Source: an uncultured Thermoleophilia bacterium | Lineage (GTDB): Bacteria; Actinomycetota; Thermoleophilia; UBA2241 | Assembly (NCBI GenBank): GCA_963814545.1 | Contig: CAWFDC010000014.1 | Coordinates: forward strand, 201,387 to 265,386 | DNA length: 64,000 nt | Reading direction: 5' to 3' | In this document: piece by piece, positions 19,982 to 30,471 of the stretch | Layout of the letters: each line of letters begins with the position of its first letter | Position numbering within the stretch: position 1 is the stretch's first letter | Notes under the pieces: model-generated | Told to the model about the DNA's origin: nothing | Seen by the model: only the letters and a program-made list of their open reading frames with translations | The model's database searches: none | Program-made: the position numbers and the translations under genes

Positions 19982-20430
19982 TCAGGGGGCGGCTGGCTCC
20001 TCGGTGAGGCACAGCGCGTCGCAACCCGCCGTGCGCGCCGCTTGAGCCAGCCGGCGATCCGCCGTCACTAACGGGAGATGGCAGGCGAGCGCAAGCGCGA
20101 CGTAGCAGGCGTCGTACACGCTGAGCCCGAGCCTGACGGCGAGTTGGAGAGCGTCGCCGACGATGGCTCCGACGGCGACTCTTCGGAAGGGGAGCGCCAG
20201 GACGCGATCGAGTGCCACCTCGGCCTCCTCGATCGGCCATGGTACCCATCTGACGCGCTTCCAGAGAGCGTTCGCGCACTCGGCATCGAAGAGGTCGACG
20301 GTCAGACAGTCCCCAGGGAATCACGGGCCGCCTCGAACCACCGCTCGGCGCGGACGCTGCACGAGTCACTGGCGATGACGGGCACGATCGCGCTCGCGTC
20401 GATCACGCAGGGGCCGACCCGACGGATCAC
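19982..20430 (-). CDS. vapC: PIN-domain toxin VapC, frame-disrupted near 20305
   Basis: GTG start overlapping the vapB stop (GTGA). VIDASAIV (first Asp), DAEC, YDACYVALA and TADRRL acidic residues. The N-half is in ORF 20302..20535 and the C-half in ORF 19982..20218. Confidence 0.75.
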
Positions 20431-20687
20431 CGCGAGTCCCTGTCCTCGCGGATGAGTTCGGCGCTGCTCGGGCCCTTGTAGGGTCCGTACTTCGCCTCCA
20501 TCTCTTCGCGGAAGCGCCGCGCGTCTTCGAGCCACTCCTTCGCGGAGAACGGACGCACGGGCGCGTTCAGCCCCCGCTCCAAGAGGTCGATGACCTCGGC
20601 GCTGAGCGAACGATGCTCGGCGGCGGCACGCAGCTTGATGCGATCGTAGAGATCCTGGGGGACACCGCGGACGTGGAGAATCGGCAT
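20427..20687 (-). CDS. vapB: VapB-type antitoxin (RHH/Arc-like N-terminus)
   Basis: MPILHVRGVPQDLYDRIKLRAAAEHRSLSAEVIDLLERGL is a typical ribbon-helix-helix antitoxin start. AAGGAGG lies upstream. The longest ORF extends to 20795. Confidence 0.7.
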   Translation of the reverse strand: MPILHVRGVPQDLYDRIKLRAAAEHRSLSAEVIDLLERGLNAPVRPFSAKEWLEDARRFREEMEAKYGPYKGPSSAELIREDRDSR

Positions 20688-20709
20688 GGCGATCGCCTCC
20701 TTCGTCCTC

Positions 20710-20739
20710 ACGGTACCCTCCTTGGTTGCATTTTGCAAC
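20710..20739 (-). promoter_or_regulatory. candidate vapBC promoter (TTGCAA-17-TACCGT) with overlapping perfect palindrome GTTGCA-AAA-TGCAAC
   Basis: The palindrome at 20725-20739 covers the -35. This is the classic layout for antitoxin autorepression. Confidence 0.5.
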
Positions 20740-21159
20740 AACTGAACGCAGTCATCCACCATCGGCGGACATCCTCCCGGCTGCCCGCAGAGCACAGCCT
20801 ACGCGACCGGTGCCGCCGGAGAGATGGTGACGACGCAGGGTGCAGGCTGACGCTGGCGGGCTGGTACCGTGACGACCCTGCAGCGAATGGCTCCTGGGAG
20901 CGCGGCGGCGCGGCGGCGAGAGTGCGCAAGGCCGTCCCGGTGTCGGCGCCCGTCGATTCGTCTGTCGGCTGAAAGCTCTCGATCGACGGATTCCGCCGTC
21001 GTCAACCGGTGACGATGGCGCGTTCCGCCAAAGACCACGGTCGACGATAGCGACTTCGCTGACTGCCTCGCACCCCCCGCCCCGCTTCGGAGCCTGCGGT
21101 CGCCGCGCCGCCGGCGTCGCGCCGCCCGCGCCGGCGCCGCCACACCGGCACCGCAGACG

Positions 21160-22274
21160 TCAGCAGATGCGCGGCAGCAGTTCGCCGGCCGGCATGTCGA
21201 GCACGCGGCGCGTGCCGAACGGCGTGCGCAGAGCGACGCGGCCGGGGTGCGCCGCAGTCACGGCCCCGATGACGGCCGCGTCGCGGCCGTAGGGGTGCGC
21301 GCGCAGGGCGGCGAGCACGCGCGCGCTCGCCTCGGGCGCGACGACGAAGAGCATCTTGCCCTCGTTGGCGAGCGCGAACGGGTCGTAGCCCAGCAGGTCG
21401 CACACCGCGCGCACGCCGGGCGCGACCGGCACGGCGTCCTCGCGGATCTCGACGCCGAGCCCCGCGCCCTCGGCCAGCTCGGCGAGCACCGTCGTGAGGC
21501 CGCCGCGCGTCGGGTCGCGGAGGAAGCGGAGGGCGGTCGTGGCCGGCGGGCCGGCGTCGGCCGAGCCCGCCGCCCCGCCGCCGAGCGCCTGATGACGCCC
21601 TCGACCATCCCCCACAGCGGCGCGCAGTCGCTGACGACGTCGGTCTTGAGGTCGAACTCGCCGCGCGCCGCAAGGATCGCGACGGCGTGGTTGCCGATCC
21701 CTCCGCTGAGCACGACGTGATCGCCCTCGCGCACGGCGGCGGCGCCGAGTTCGTGGTCGACGACGACCTCGCCGACGCCGGTCGTCGTGATGAAGACCCC
21801 GTCGCAGGCGCCGCGCTCGACGACCTTGGTGTCGCCGGTGACGATGGGCACTCCGGCCTCGTCGGCCGTCTCCCGCATCGTGCGGCAGATCGCGCGCAGC
21901 TCGTCGAGGGCGAAGCCCTCTTCGATGATGAAGGCGGCGGCCAGCCCCAGCGGCCGCGCCGCCGCCGTCGCCAGGTCGTTGACGGTGCCGGCGACCGAGA
22001 GACGACCGATGTCGCCGCCCGGGTAGCGCAACGGCTGCACGACGTGGCTGTCGGTCGTGACCGCGAGACGGCCGGGCGAGACGAGGATCGCCGCGTCGTC
22101 GAGGCGTTCGAGCACCGGGTTGGAGAACGCGGCGACGAAGACCTCGGCCACGAGGTCACGGTAGAGACGGCCGCCGCTGCCGTGGCCGAGCAGGATGCGG
22201 TCGCCGCGGAGGCGGGTGGCGGCGGGCTTCGCCGGCCCGCCCGCCGTCGGCTTGTTGCCGGACGAGTCAGTCAT
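21160..22274 (-). CDS. hypE: [NiFe]-hydrogenase maturation protein HypE, frame-disrupted near 21590
   Basis: ILLGHGSGG, TTDSHVV and GDTKV motifs. The C-terminal half is in ORF 21160..21615, ending ...AGELLPRIC (the PRIC carbamoyl/cyano-carrier Cys motif). Confidence 0.9.
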
Positions 22275-23349
22275 CGAACCCCCGGTAGCGGTAGCGCGCG
22301 GCGCAGGCGCCCTCGCTCGAGACCATGCAGGCGCCCACCGGGTCCTCGGGGGTGCAGCGCGTGCCGAAGAGGGCGCACTCGGCCGGGTCGAGGACGCCGC
22401 GCAGGACTTCGCCGCAGCGGCACCCGGCGGGCTCGAGGGCCTCGCCGGGATCGACGGCGAAGCGGCGCGCGGCGTCGAAGGCCGCGAATTCGTCCTTGAA
22501 GTGCAGGCCCGAGCCGGGGATCACCCCGAGCCCGCGCCAGTCGGCATCGCCGGGCTCGAAGACCTGGTCGAGCACGCGCCGCGCGACGGGATTGCCCTCG
22601 GCGCGCACGGCGCGCGTGTACTCGTTGGCGATCGCCGGCTCCTCCATCCTCAGGAGTTGGATGAGGGCGCGCAGCACATCGTGCGCGGCGAAGCCCGTGA
22701 CCACCCCGCCGATGCCGTACTCGTCGGCGAGGAAGCGGTAGCAGTCGAGCCCGGTGACGACGCTCACGTGCCCCGGCAGGACGAAGCCCTGCAGCGGCGT
22801 CTCGCCAAGATCGAGGAGCGCGCGCAGCGGCGGCGGCATCGTCTTGTGGAGGCTGAGGGCGCTGAAGTTGGCGAGGCCCCGCTGTCGTGCCTCGAGAACG
22901 GCCGCGGCGACGGTCGGGGCGGTGGTCTCGAAGCCGATGCCGGCGAAGACCACCTGCCGCTCAGGGGCCGCGGCCGCGAGCTCGACGGCGTCGCGCGGCG
23001 AGTAGACGACGCGCACGTCGGCGCCGGCGGCGCGCTCGACGGCGAGGCTGGAGCGTGAGGCGGGCACGCGGACGAGGTCACCGAAGGTGACCAGCGTGAC
23101 CTCGGGCAGCCGCGCCAGCGCGACGATGTGGTCGAGGTCGCGGTGCGCCGTCACGCAGACGGGGCAACCCGGGCCGGAGACGAGGCGCACGCTCTCGGGC
23201 AGCAGCTCGCGCAGGCCGAAGCGCGCGATCGCCATGGTGTGGGTGCCGCAGACCTCCATGAAGGTCGCGGGCGGGCGCGACGCCGCCACGGCCGCGAGCT
23301 CGTGCCGCAGCGCGTCGACGACGCGGGCGGCGTCGTCAGGCGCGGCCAC
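22267..23349 (-). CDS. hypD: [NiFe]-hydrogenase maturation protein HypD
   Basis: Intact 360 aa with FMEVCGTHT, GPGCPVCVT and GFETT motifs. Overlaps hypE and hypC. Confidence 0.92.
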   Translation of the reverse strand: MAAPDDAARVVDALRHELAAVAASRPPATFMEVCGTHTMAIARFGLRELLPESVRLVSGPGCPVCVTAHRDLDHIVALARLPEVTLVTFGDLVRVPASRSSLAVERAAGADVRVVYSPRDAVELAAAAPERQVVFAGIGFETTAPTVAAAVLEARQRGLANFSALSLHKTMPPPLRALLDLGETPLQGFVLPGHVSVVTGLDCYRFLADEYGIGGVVTGFAAHDVLRALIQLLRMEEPAIANEYTRAVRAEGNPVARRVLDQVFEPGDADWRGLGVIPGSGLHFKDEFAAFDAARRFAVDPGEALEPAGCRCGEVLRGVLDPAECALFGTRCTPEDPVGACMVSSEGACAARYRYRGFDD

Positions 23350-23590
23350 CGGCCTCCGCCTCCTCGGCGGCCGCCGCTTCGCCGAGCTCGGCGAGCAGGG
23401 TGAGCGTCTCCTCGGCTTCGTCCTCGGTGAGCACGCTGAGCGCGTAGCCCGCGTGGACGAGGACGTAGTCGCCGATCGCGGCCTCGGGCAGGAGCGCCAG
23501 GCTGGCGCGCTGCTCGAGACCCTCGAGAGCCAGGGTCGCGGTGCCGTCGTCGGCGACGGCGGTGATGCGCATGGGAAGAGCGAGGCACAT
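23336..23590 (-). CDS. hypC: [NiFe]-hydrogenase maturation chaperone HypC
   Basis: MCLALPMRI... has the N-terminal Cys2 motif. 84 aa. Confidence 0.9.
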   Translation of the reverse strand: MCLALPMRITAVADDGTATLALEGLEQRASLALLPEAAIGDYVLVHAGYALSVLTEDEAEETLTLLAELGEAAAAEEAEAGGRA

Positions 23591-23710
23591 GGACGGTCTC
23601 TGTCTGTCGTTGTCAGGTCGGCGGCGCGTCGCGGCGGCGATGCCGGCTGCGCTCTCGCCGCCGGGGCGACGACGCGTGGCGCGTCGCCCGGGCGACGTCG
23701 GCCGCGGCGA

Positions 23711-26569
23711 TCAGTCGAGCTCGCCGCGGCGCCTGAGCTCAGTATAGCCCGCCACGGCGGCCTGCCCCAACGCGACGCCGCCGTCGTTCACCGGCACGAG
23801 GCCGGAGGCGAGGACGGCGAAGCCGTCGGCGGCCAGCGCCGTCTCGCACTGCGCACTGAGCAGGCGGTTCTGGAAGACGCCGCCGGAGAGGGCGACGCGA
23901 CCGATGCCGGTCGCGTCGCGCAGCCGGCGGCTCAGATCGAGCACCAGCGCGGTGACGCTCGCGTGCAGGCGCGAGCCGATGAGGCCGGGCGCGCGCCTCG
24001 CCTCGGCGTCGTCGAGGACGGCGCCGAGGAGCGGCGCGAGCCGCACGACGAGCGGCTCGCGAGGCGTACCCGGCGCCGAGCCCGGGGCGTGCGCGGCGAG
24101 CAGGGCGACGTCGACGTACACGGAGGACAGCGCCGCGTCGACGTCGCCCTCGACCGCGTACGGGTACGGCTCGGCGCCGCCCCGCGACATCATCTCGAGC
24201 TCGATCGCCGCCTGCCCCTCGTAGGTCACCGCACCGCGGACCCCAGCCAGTGCGGCGACGGCGTCGAAGAGGCGGCCGCAGCTCGTCGTGAGCGGCGCGT
24301 TGACGCCGGCGCGGACCTGGGCGGCGACCGCCGCCAGCTCCTCGTCGCTCGGCGGGCGGTCGACGCCGTCGTCGGCCACGGCGGCGAGTCCCGCGTCCGT
24401 CGACACTGCGGAACGGCCGCCGCGACCCTCGGGCGCTGCGCGCCCGAGCAGCGCCGCGGCCCTCTCGAACCCTTCGTCCCCGAGCAGCGCGAGGCTCCAG
24501 CCGAGCGCCGTCCGCCAGGGCCGCTCGATCGCCGCCGCGCCGCCGGCGAGCGGCAGCGCCTCGAGGTGCGCGACACGCCGGTAGCCAAGCAGGTCGCAGA
24601 CGAAGACCTCCCCTCCCCACAGCAGGCCGTCGTCCCCGTAGCCGAGACCGTCAAGACTCACCCCGATGACCGGCTCGGTGACGCCGTGCTCGATCATCCG
24701 TGCGGCGATGTGGACGTGGTGGTGCTGCGTCGGCAGCTTCGTCCCCTGCGGCAGCGAGAGCGCGTGCTTGGTCGCCAGGTACTCGGGGTGCAGGTCGTAG
24801 GCGATGACCTCCGGCTCGAGGCGGAACAGGCGCTCGTAGAGCGCGATGCTGGTCTCGTAGTGCTCCAGCGTCTCGAGGTTCTCGAGGTCGCCGATGTGCT
24901 GGCTGAGGAAGGCGTTGGTGTCGCGCGTGAGGCAGAAGGTGTTCTTGAGCTCGGCCCCGCAGGCGAGCACCTGCGGGAGGGCGCGCGGGAGGGCCACCGG
25001 GAAGGGGGCGTAGCCGCGCGAACGGCGGAGCAGGCGGGTGCGACCGCGCTCGACGGCCGCCACGGAGTCGTCGTAGCGGGCGGCGATCTCGCGGTCGTGG
25101 ACGAGGTAGGCGTCGGCGATGCCGTGCAGGCGGCCGGCCTCCTCCCACCCCTTGACGATGGGCTCCTCGGCGAGGTTGCCGCTGGTCATGACCAGCGGAC
25201 GGCCCGCGGCGCGCACCAGCAGGAGGTGCAGCGGCGTGTACGGGAGCATCGCGCCCAGGTAGCTCTGGCCGACGGCGACCTCGGGGTCGATCTCGGCGTC
25301 GGCGGGAGCGGACGCGGCGTCGGCGGGCGTGACGTCGAGGGGCCCGGCCTCGGCGGCGCGGTCCGACGTCGTCGCCGATGCGCTCGCCGGCGCCGCCCTG
25401 TGAGCCGCGCCGTCGCCGAGCTCGGGTCCCATGACCCCGCGCCCGTCGACCTCGCGCCAGCGCAGCAGCACGATCGGGTGCTCGGGCGACGTGAGGAGCG
25501 CCGCCTCGTCCTCGTCGACGAGGCAGTGGCGGCGCAGCTCGTCGAGGCCGGCGAGCATTGCGGCGAGCGGTTTGTGCGGGCGGCCCTTGCGTCGCTTCAG
25601 GCGCCGTACGGCCTCGCCGTCGGTGGCGTCGCAGGCAAGGTGGAAGCCGCCGAGGCCCTTGATGGCGAGGATCTCGCCGCGACGGAGCAGCTCGGCGGCG
25701 GCGCGGATCGGCGCCGCCGGGTCGGCTTCGTCGCCGGCGGCGAGTTCAACGACCGCGCCGCCTTCGGGCGCGGCCGCCGTCGCCCCGGGCGCGGCTCGGC
25801 CGCCGTCCGCAGAGCCGACGGGCGCGCCGGCGGCGGCGAGCTCGTCGGCGGCGCCGGCGACGTCCTCCTCCCCGCCCTGGACCCTCAGCAGCCGCACCCG
25901 CGGCCCGCAGACCGGGCAGGCGTTGGGCTCGGCGTGGAAGCGGCGGTCGAGCGGATCCTCGTACTCCTTGCGGCACGCGGGGCAGAGCGGGAAGTGACGC
26001 ATCGTCGTGCGCTCGCGGTCGTAGGGCAGCGACTCGATGATCGTGAAGCGCGGCCCGCAGTTGGTGCAGTTCGTGAACGGGTAGTCGTGGCGCCGGTCGG
26101 CCGGGTCGAGCAGCTCGCGGCGGCAGTCGTCGCAGGTCGCGATGTCGGGCGAGACGAGCTGATAGGCGTCGGGGTCGACGCTGCTCTCGAGGATCGAGAA
26201 GGCGGTGTGGCCTTCGGGCGCCGCCGCCCTGCGCTCGAGGCTGGCGATGTACGAGCGCGGCGGCGCCTCTCGCGGGAGGGCGTCGACGAAGCCGTCGACG
26301 GCGCCGGCGTCGCCCTCGACGTGGATCTCGACGCCGGCCGAGGTGTTGCGCACCCAGCCGTACACGCCCCGGCTCCGGGCCAGCGTGTAGATGAAAGGCC
26401 GGAAGCCGACGCCCTGAACGACGCCGCGCGCCCAGAGGCGCGCGGCGGACGGGGCGTCGTGCGAGGCGCCGGTCTCACGGCCGGCCCGACCGGCGCCGGC
26501 GTGACCGTCGCCGGTCCGGCCGTCGCCGGGCCGGCCCTCGCCGGCGCCGGGCGGGCTCAGTGAGGGCAT
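23711..26569 (-). CDS. hypF: carbamoyltransferase HypF (with low-complexity Ala/Gly/Pro-rich inserts)
   Basis: Acylphosphatase start VQGVGFRPF. Two zinc-finger pairs CDDC...CTNCGPRF and CPAC...CPVCGP. YrdC-like and Kae1-like halves (LKNTFC..., VALSGGVFQN). The start at MPSLSPPG overlaps the upstream gene by 13 nt. Confidence 0.9.
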   Translation of the reverse strand: MPSLSPPGAGEGRPGDGRTGDGHAGAGRAGRETGASHDAPSAARLWARGVVQGVGFRPFIYTLARSRGVYGWVRNTSAGVEIHVEGDAGAVDGFVDALPREAPPRSYIASLERRAAAPEGHTAFSILESSVDPDAYQLVSPDIATCDDCRRELLDPADRRHDYPFTNCTNCGPRFTIIESLPYDRERTTMRHFPLCPACRKEYEDPLDRRFHAEPNACPVCGPRVRLLRVQGGEEDVAGAADELAAAGAPVGSADGGRAAPGATAAAPEGGAVVELAAGDEADPAAPIRAAAELLRRGEILAIKGLGGFHLACDATDGEAVRRLKRRKGRPHKPLAAMLAGLDELRRHCLVDEDEAALLTSPEHPIVLLRWREVDGRGVMGPELGDGAAHRAAPASASATTSDRAAEAGPLDVTPADAASAPADAEIDPEVAVGQSYLGAMLPYTPLHLLLVRAAGRPLVMTSGNLAEEPIVKGWEEAGRLHGIADAYLVHDREIAARYDDSVAAVERGRTRLLRRSRGYAPFPVALPRALPQVLACGAELKNTFCLTRDTNAFLSQHIGDLENLETLEHYETSIALYERLFRLEPEVIAYDLHPEYLATKHALSLPQGTKLPTQHHHVHIAARMIEHGVTEPVIGVSLDGLGYGDDGLLWGGEVFVCDLLGYRRVAHLEALPLAGGAAAIERPWRTALGWSLALLGDEGFERAAALLGRAAPEGRGGRSAVSTDAGLAAVADDGVDRPPSDEELAAVAAQVRAGVNAPLTTSCGRLFDAVAALAGVRGAVTYEGQAAIELEMMSRGGAEPYPYAVEGDVDAALSSVYVDVALLAAHAPGSAPGTPREPLVVRLAPLLGAVLDDAEARRAPGLIGSRLHASVTALVLDLSRRLRDATGIGRVALSGGVFQNRLLSAQCETALAADGFAVLASGLVPVNDGGVALGQAAVAGYTELRRRGELD

Positions 26570-27519
26570 CGCAGCTGCAGGTCGTCCTTGTAGTGGAGCT
26601 CGCCGCACTCCGCGCAGCGCAGCTCGTAGAGGAACCCGATCGCGACCTGATGCCGGGCGCAGAACTTGAGACGCGCGGCCAGTACCTCGAGGGTGGTGGC
26701 TCCGCAGGCCATGCAGGTGAGGAGGACGTCGTCGCCGAGGTGGTAGTCCTGGCGCAGGTGCTGCAGAGCCCCGGCGGCGCCCTGGTGCACGGGCAACTCG
26801 GCCTCGAGCGCCTCCTGCGGGTCCAGCCACGGCGCCAGGACCTCGTCGGCCAGCGGGCGGACGAGACCGGGCAGGCAGGCGAGCTTCTTGTGGATCGACT
26901 TGAGGTGGCGCTGGTACGGGCAGCCGTCGCCGCGCTGCTCTCCCATCAACTCGCTCTCGTGCCGGGCGAAGAGCTCGCGCCGGGTGACGAACGCGCGGAC
27001 GTCGGCGTGGTCGACCACCTCCACCTCGCAGCGCACCTTGGGCGGCCGGCCGCGGCCACGTGGCTGCGTCGGCCGCGTCAGCGTGAGCAGCCCGATGTCC
27101 GGGTCGCCGTCCATCGCCGCCAGCACCGTCGCGAGCCAGGACGGCTCGAACTCGAGCGTGTCCTCGGCCCGCACGAGGTACTCGGCGCCGGTCGCGTGGT
27201 AGGCGCGGCCGAGGCCGCAATGCCGGTCGTCGGGCTCGCGGTTGACGAGCTCGAACCCGGCGATGCGCCCCCGCATGTACTGCCGCGTGAGGTACGTCGC
27301 GACCATCTCGGGGGCGCCGGGGGCGAAGACGGTCACTTCGGCCGCGCCGTCGGCGCCCTCACGCAGGCTCACGAGGGTTCGCCGCAGCGGCACGAGCCCG
27401 TGCGTGGCGAAGAGCGCCACCGCGACGCGCGCGGTGCCGTCGCCGGCCGGGAGCGGCGCGCCGCCGTCGTAGTCGCGTGGGTCGCGTCCCTCGCCGCCGC
27501 GCAGGTCCGCGCCGCTCAC
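26557..27519 (-). CDS. uncharacterised GT-A (family-2 glycosyltransferase)-like protein with C-terminal 4-Cys zinc ribbon
   Basis: The GTG start overlaps the endopeptidase stop (GTGA). GAEYLVRAEDTLEFEPSWLATVLAAMDGDPDIGLL resembles the DxD/acceptor region of GT2 enzymes, with AED in place of DxD. The C-terminus is LTCMACG...YELRCAECGELHY. Confidence 0.5.
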   Translation of the reverse strand: MSGADLRGGEGRDPRDYDGGAPLPAGDGTARVAVALFATHGLVPLRRTLVSLREGADGAAEVTVFAPGAPEMVATYLTRQYMRGRIAGFELVNREPDDRHCGLGRAYHATGAEYLVRAEDTLEFEPSWLATVLAAMDGDPDIGLLTLTRPTQPRGRGRPPKVRCEVEVVDHADVRAFVTRRELFARHESELMGEQRGDGCPYQRHLKSIHKKLACLPGLVRPLADEVLAPWLDPQEALEAELPVHQGAAGALQHLRQDYHLGDDVLLTCMACGATTLEVLAARLKFCARHQVAIGFLYELRCAECGELHYKDDLQLRCPH

Positions 27520-28011
27520 GCCGCCCCTACCTCGGCACGGACGAGCTCGATGACGCGCTCGGCGGCCTCGGCGACCGGCGCCGAGAGCTCCTCGGCGAAG
27601 GTCTCGACGTCGACCGCCTCGACGGCGAACACGGTCACGTCGCCCGGCATGTCGTAGCCGAGCGTGCGCCCGAGCTCGAGCGCGGTGCTCGAGGCCGATC
27701 GAGTGCGCCGAGCTGTAGCGGTGGCCGCCGGTGAAGTCGCGCGCCTCGTAGCGCACGACTTCGCCGGCCTCGCGGCCGCTCTGCAGGGCATCGACGATCA
27801 CGACCTTATCGTAACCTCTCAGCAGCTCGAGCAGCCGCAACCCCGCGACCTCGCTCTCACGCACCTCGACGCCGTCGGGCAGGGGCGTCGCCCGCAGGCG
27901 CTGGGCGACGTAGAGCCCGACCCCGTCGTCCGACAGGATCGGGTTGCCCATCCCGAGGACGAGCGTCGACGTCACCTCACAGGTAACGCCGGACACTGGT
28001 GACGACCTCAT
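27516..28011 (-). CDS. hydrogenase maturation endopeptidase (HycI/FrhD/HoxW family), frame-disrupted near 27690
   Basis: LVLGMGNPILSDDGVG...VVIVDA in ORF 26557..28011. The C-terminal half ...LELGRTLGYDMPGDVTVFAVEAVDVETF... is in ORF 27516..27791. The start is uncertain: 28011 overlaps mvhA by 35 nt and alternatives exist. Confidence 0.8.
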
Positions 28012-29448
28012 GCGTATGCTCGTTCTTGACCGTGACCTCGAGCGGCATCTCGCCGGGCAGCGCGTGCGTGGCGCAGCCGAAGCAGGGGTCGTAGGCGCGG
28101 AACGCCATCTCGATCATGTTGAGCGTGCCCTCGCCGATCTCGGTGCCGCCCTTGATGAGGCCCTCGGCGGCCTTCTTCAGCGACATCGAGATGGAGGCGT
28201 TGTTGTTGGTCGTGCCGACGATCAGGTTGACGTTGGTGACCATGCCCTGGTCGTCGGTCTTGTAGTGGTGGTAGAGCGTGCCGCGCGGCGCCTCGACGAC
28301 GCCGACGCCCTCGCCGACGATGCCCGTCGGCAGGGTGCGCACGTCGGGGTTGATGATGTCGGGGTCGGTCGCCAGCTCGTGGGCGCGCTCGGCCGCGTAG
28401 AGCAGCTCGACGAGGCGCGCCCAGTGGGTCGCCAGCGTCGCGTGGACGGGCTTGCCGCCCAGGGTCGAGAAGTAGCGCTCGTACTCGGCCTGGGCCAGCG
28501 GCGTCGCCATGCCGTCGGCGGCGTTGAGGCGCGAGAGCGGCGAGGCGCGGTAGACGCCCGAGTCCTTGCCGTCGACGAAGCCCTTCCAGCCCACCGCCTT
28601 GAGGTACGGGTAGACGAGGTAGCTGTACGGCTCGACGTGCTCGGCCAGGTGCTCGAGGTAGTCCTTGCCCTCGAACTTGAGGAGCTCGGCGCCGTCGGGC
28701 CCGGTGACGCGGATCTTGCCGTCGTAGAAGTTGACGTGGTTGTTCTCGTCGACCATACCCATGTAGTAGGTCGAGTGGGTGAAGGCGTCGCTCTTGATGA
28801 GGTCGACGTAGTCGTTGTTGCCGAGCACGATGTCGTCGAAGAGCTGCAGCGAGAACTTGGCGAACTCGACGAGCCCCGCAGTGATCTCGACGACGCGGTC
28901 GCGCTCCTCGGCGCTGAGCGCCTTGGAGACGCCGCCGGGCAGGCCGCAGACCGGGTGGATCTGCTTGCCGCCGATCATGGTGATGAGCTCGGCGGCCTCG
29001 GCGCGTGCCTTGATGACGGCTCCGCCGGTCTCGAGGCCGACCTTGTGGATCACGCCGAGGATGTTGCGCGCGGCCGGATCGGACGTCGGCCCCATGATGA
29101 AGTCGGGGCCGGCGAGCACGTAGAAGTGCGTCGCGTGGTCGGTGACGAAGAACGTGTTGTAGAGCAGCTCGCGCAGCTTGACGCCGGCCGGCGCCGGAGT
29201 CGACGCCGTAGACGGCGTCGATCGCCTTGGAGGCGGCCATGTGGTGCGCCTCGGGGCACACGCCGCAGATGCGCGGCGTGATGCGCGCCAGCTCCTCGAC
29301 CGGGCGGCCGACGCAGAAGCGCTCGAAGCCGCGCAGCTCGGGGATCTGGAAGTAGACGTTGGCGACCTCGCCGGCGTCGTTCGACGAAGATCTCGATCTT
29401 GCCGTGACCTTCGAGGCGGGTGATGGGATCGACGGTGACCTTCTTCAT
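27977..29448 (-). CDS. mvhA: [NiFe]-hydrogenase large subunit, MvhA/F420-non-reducing (group 3c-like), copy 1, frame-disrupted (2 breaks)
   Basis: MKKVTVDPITRLEGHGKIEIF; the CxxC Ni site is at ...CPEAHHMAS. The C-terminal DPCFGCATH is followed by a 30-aa extension. The pieces are ORFs 29050..29697, 28008..29261 and 27977..29119. Span is 3n+2. Confidence 0.9.
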
Positions 29449-30426
29449 CAGACCTTCGCCCTCCTCAGCAGCGAGCCGGCCAGGCCGAAGCGGTAGAAGG
29501 TGCCGACCGGGTCGGGGACGGTCGCCGCGATGCACGGCGATCTCCTCGGGCGTGGGCGCGTCGATGATCGAGGCCAGGGTGCTGAGCATCTTGGCGCCCT
29601 GGTCGATCACGCCCTCCGGCGGCCCGTAGCAGCCGCGGCACGCCATGCCGACCGCGGTGCAGCGGCCGCCGCACCCGGCGCGCGTCGCCGGGCCCATGCA
29701 GATGACGCCCTGCTCGAGCAGGCACTTCTCGGGGTCGGGGATCGACGTCGCGATGCGCTTGAAGCCGCTGATCTTCTTCTCCTCCTTGACCCGCTCGCAC
29801 TCGTCGCAGCAGGTCTTGGGGGAGGCGCCGATGACGGCGCCCTTGGGCGGCAGCGCGCCCTCGCCCTTGAGCGCCGCCGATGACGACGTCGAGGACGGCA
29901 GCGATCTGGTGCGCCTCGGGCGGGCAGCCCGGCATGTAGTAGTCGACGTCGACGCACTGGTCGAGCGTCTTCACGGTGTCGTAGAGGTGGGGCAGCTCGA
30001 GCTCGCCTTCGGGGACCTCGTAGCGCTCCTGCGGGTAGACGCCGTCGGGGTTGTCGACCGACGGGTTGTCGCGGTAGACGAGGTCCTTGAGCTCCTGGGC
30101 GCTGGCCTCGTTGGTGAGGCCCGGGATGCCGCCCATCGTCGCGCAGGCGCCGAAGGCGACGAGCACCTTGCTCTTGTCGCGCAGCAGCCTCGGCCAGGTG
30201 CTCGTTCTCGCTGTTGCGGATGCAGCCGTTGAAGAGGCAGAGGTCGATGAAGCCGTCGTCGTAGCCCCTCGACGTCCTTGTACTTGAAGTCGGCGGCGAC
30301 GGGCCAGAAGACGACGTCGAAGTTCTCGTCGACCTCGAGGATCTTCTCCTTGATCTCGAGGACGGCGATCTCGCAGCCGCCGCAGCTGCCCGCCCAGTAC
30401 ATGGCGAACTTGAACTTGTCACTCAT
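29448..30426 (-). CDS. mvhG: [NiFe]-hydrogenase small subunit MvhG-like, copy 1, frame-disrupted (about 4 breaks)
   Basis: MSDKFKFAMYWAGSCGGCEIAVLE..., ...FGACATMGGIPG..., ...YYMPGCPP..., ...GCGGRCTAVGMACRGCYGP... spread over four ORF-track frames. Collinear with the intact copy at 45065..46042. Confidence 0.85.
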
Positions 30427-30471
30427 GCGGGCACCGCCTCCTTCGCGGCCCTGGCGTCGTCGCCGGCGTGG

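Noticed and set aside
23087-26563. 1158-aa ORF on the plus strand
   Set aside because: It is antisense to hypF, which has unmistakable acylphosphatase, zinc-finger, YrdC and Kae1 motifs. It is a low-complexity shadow ORF.
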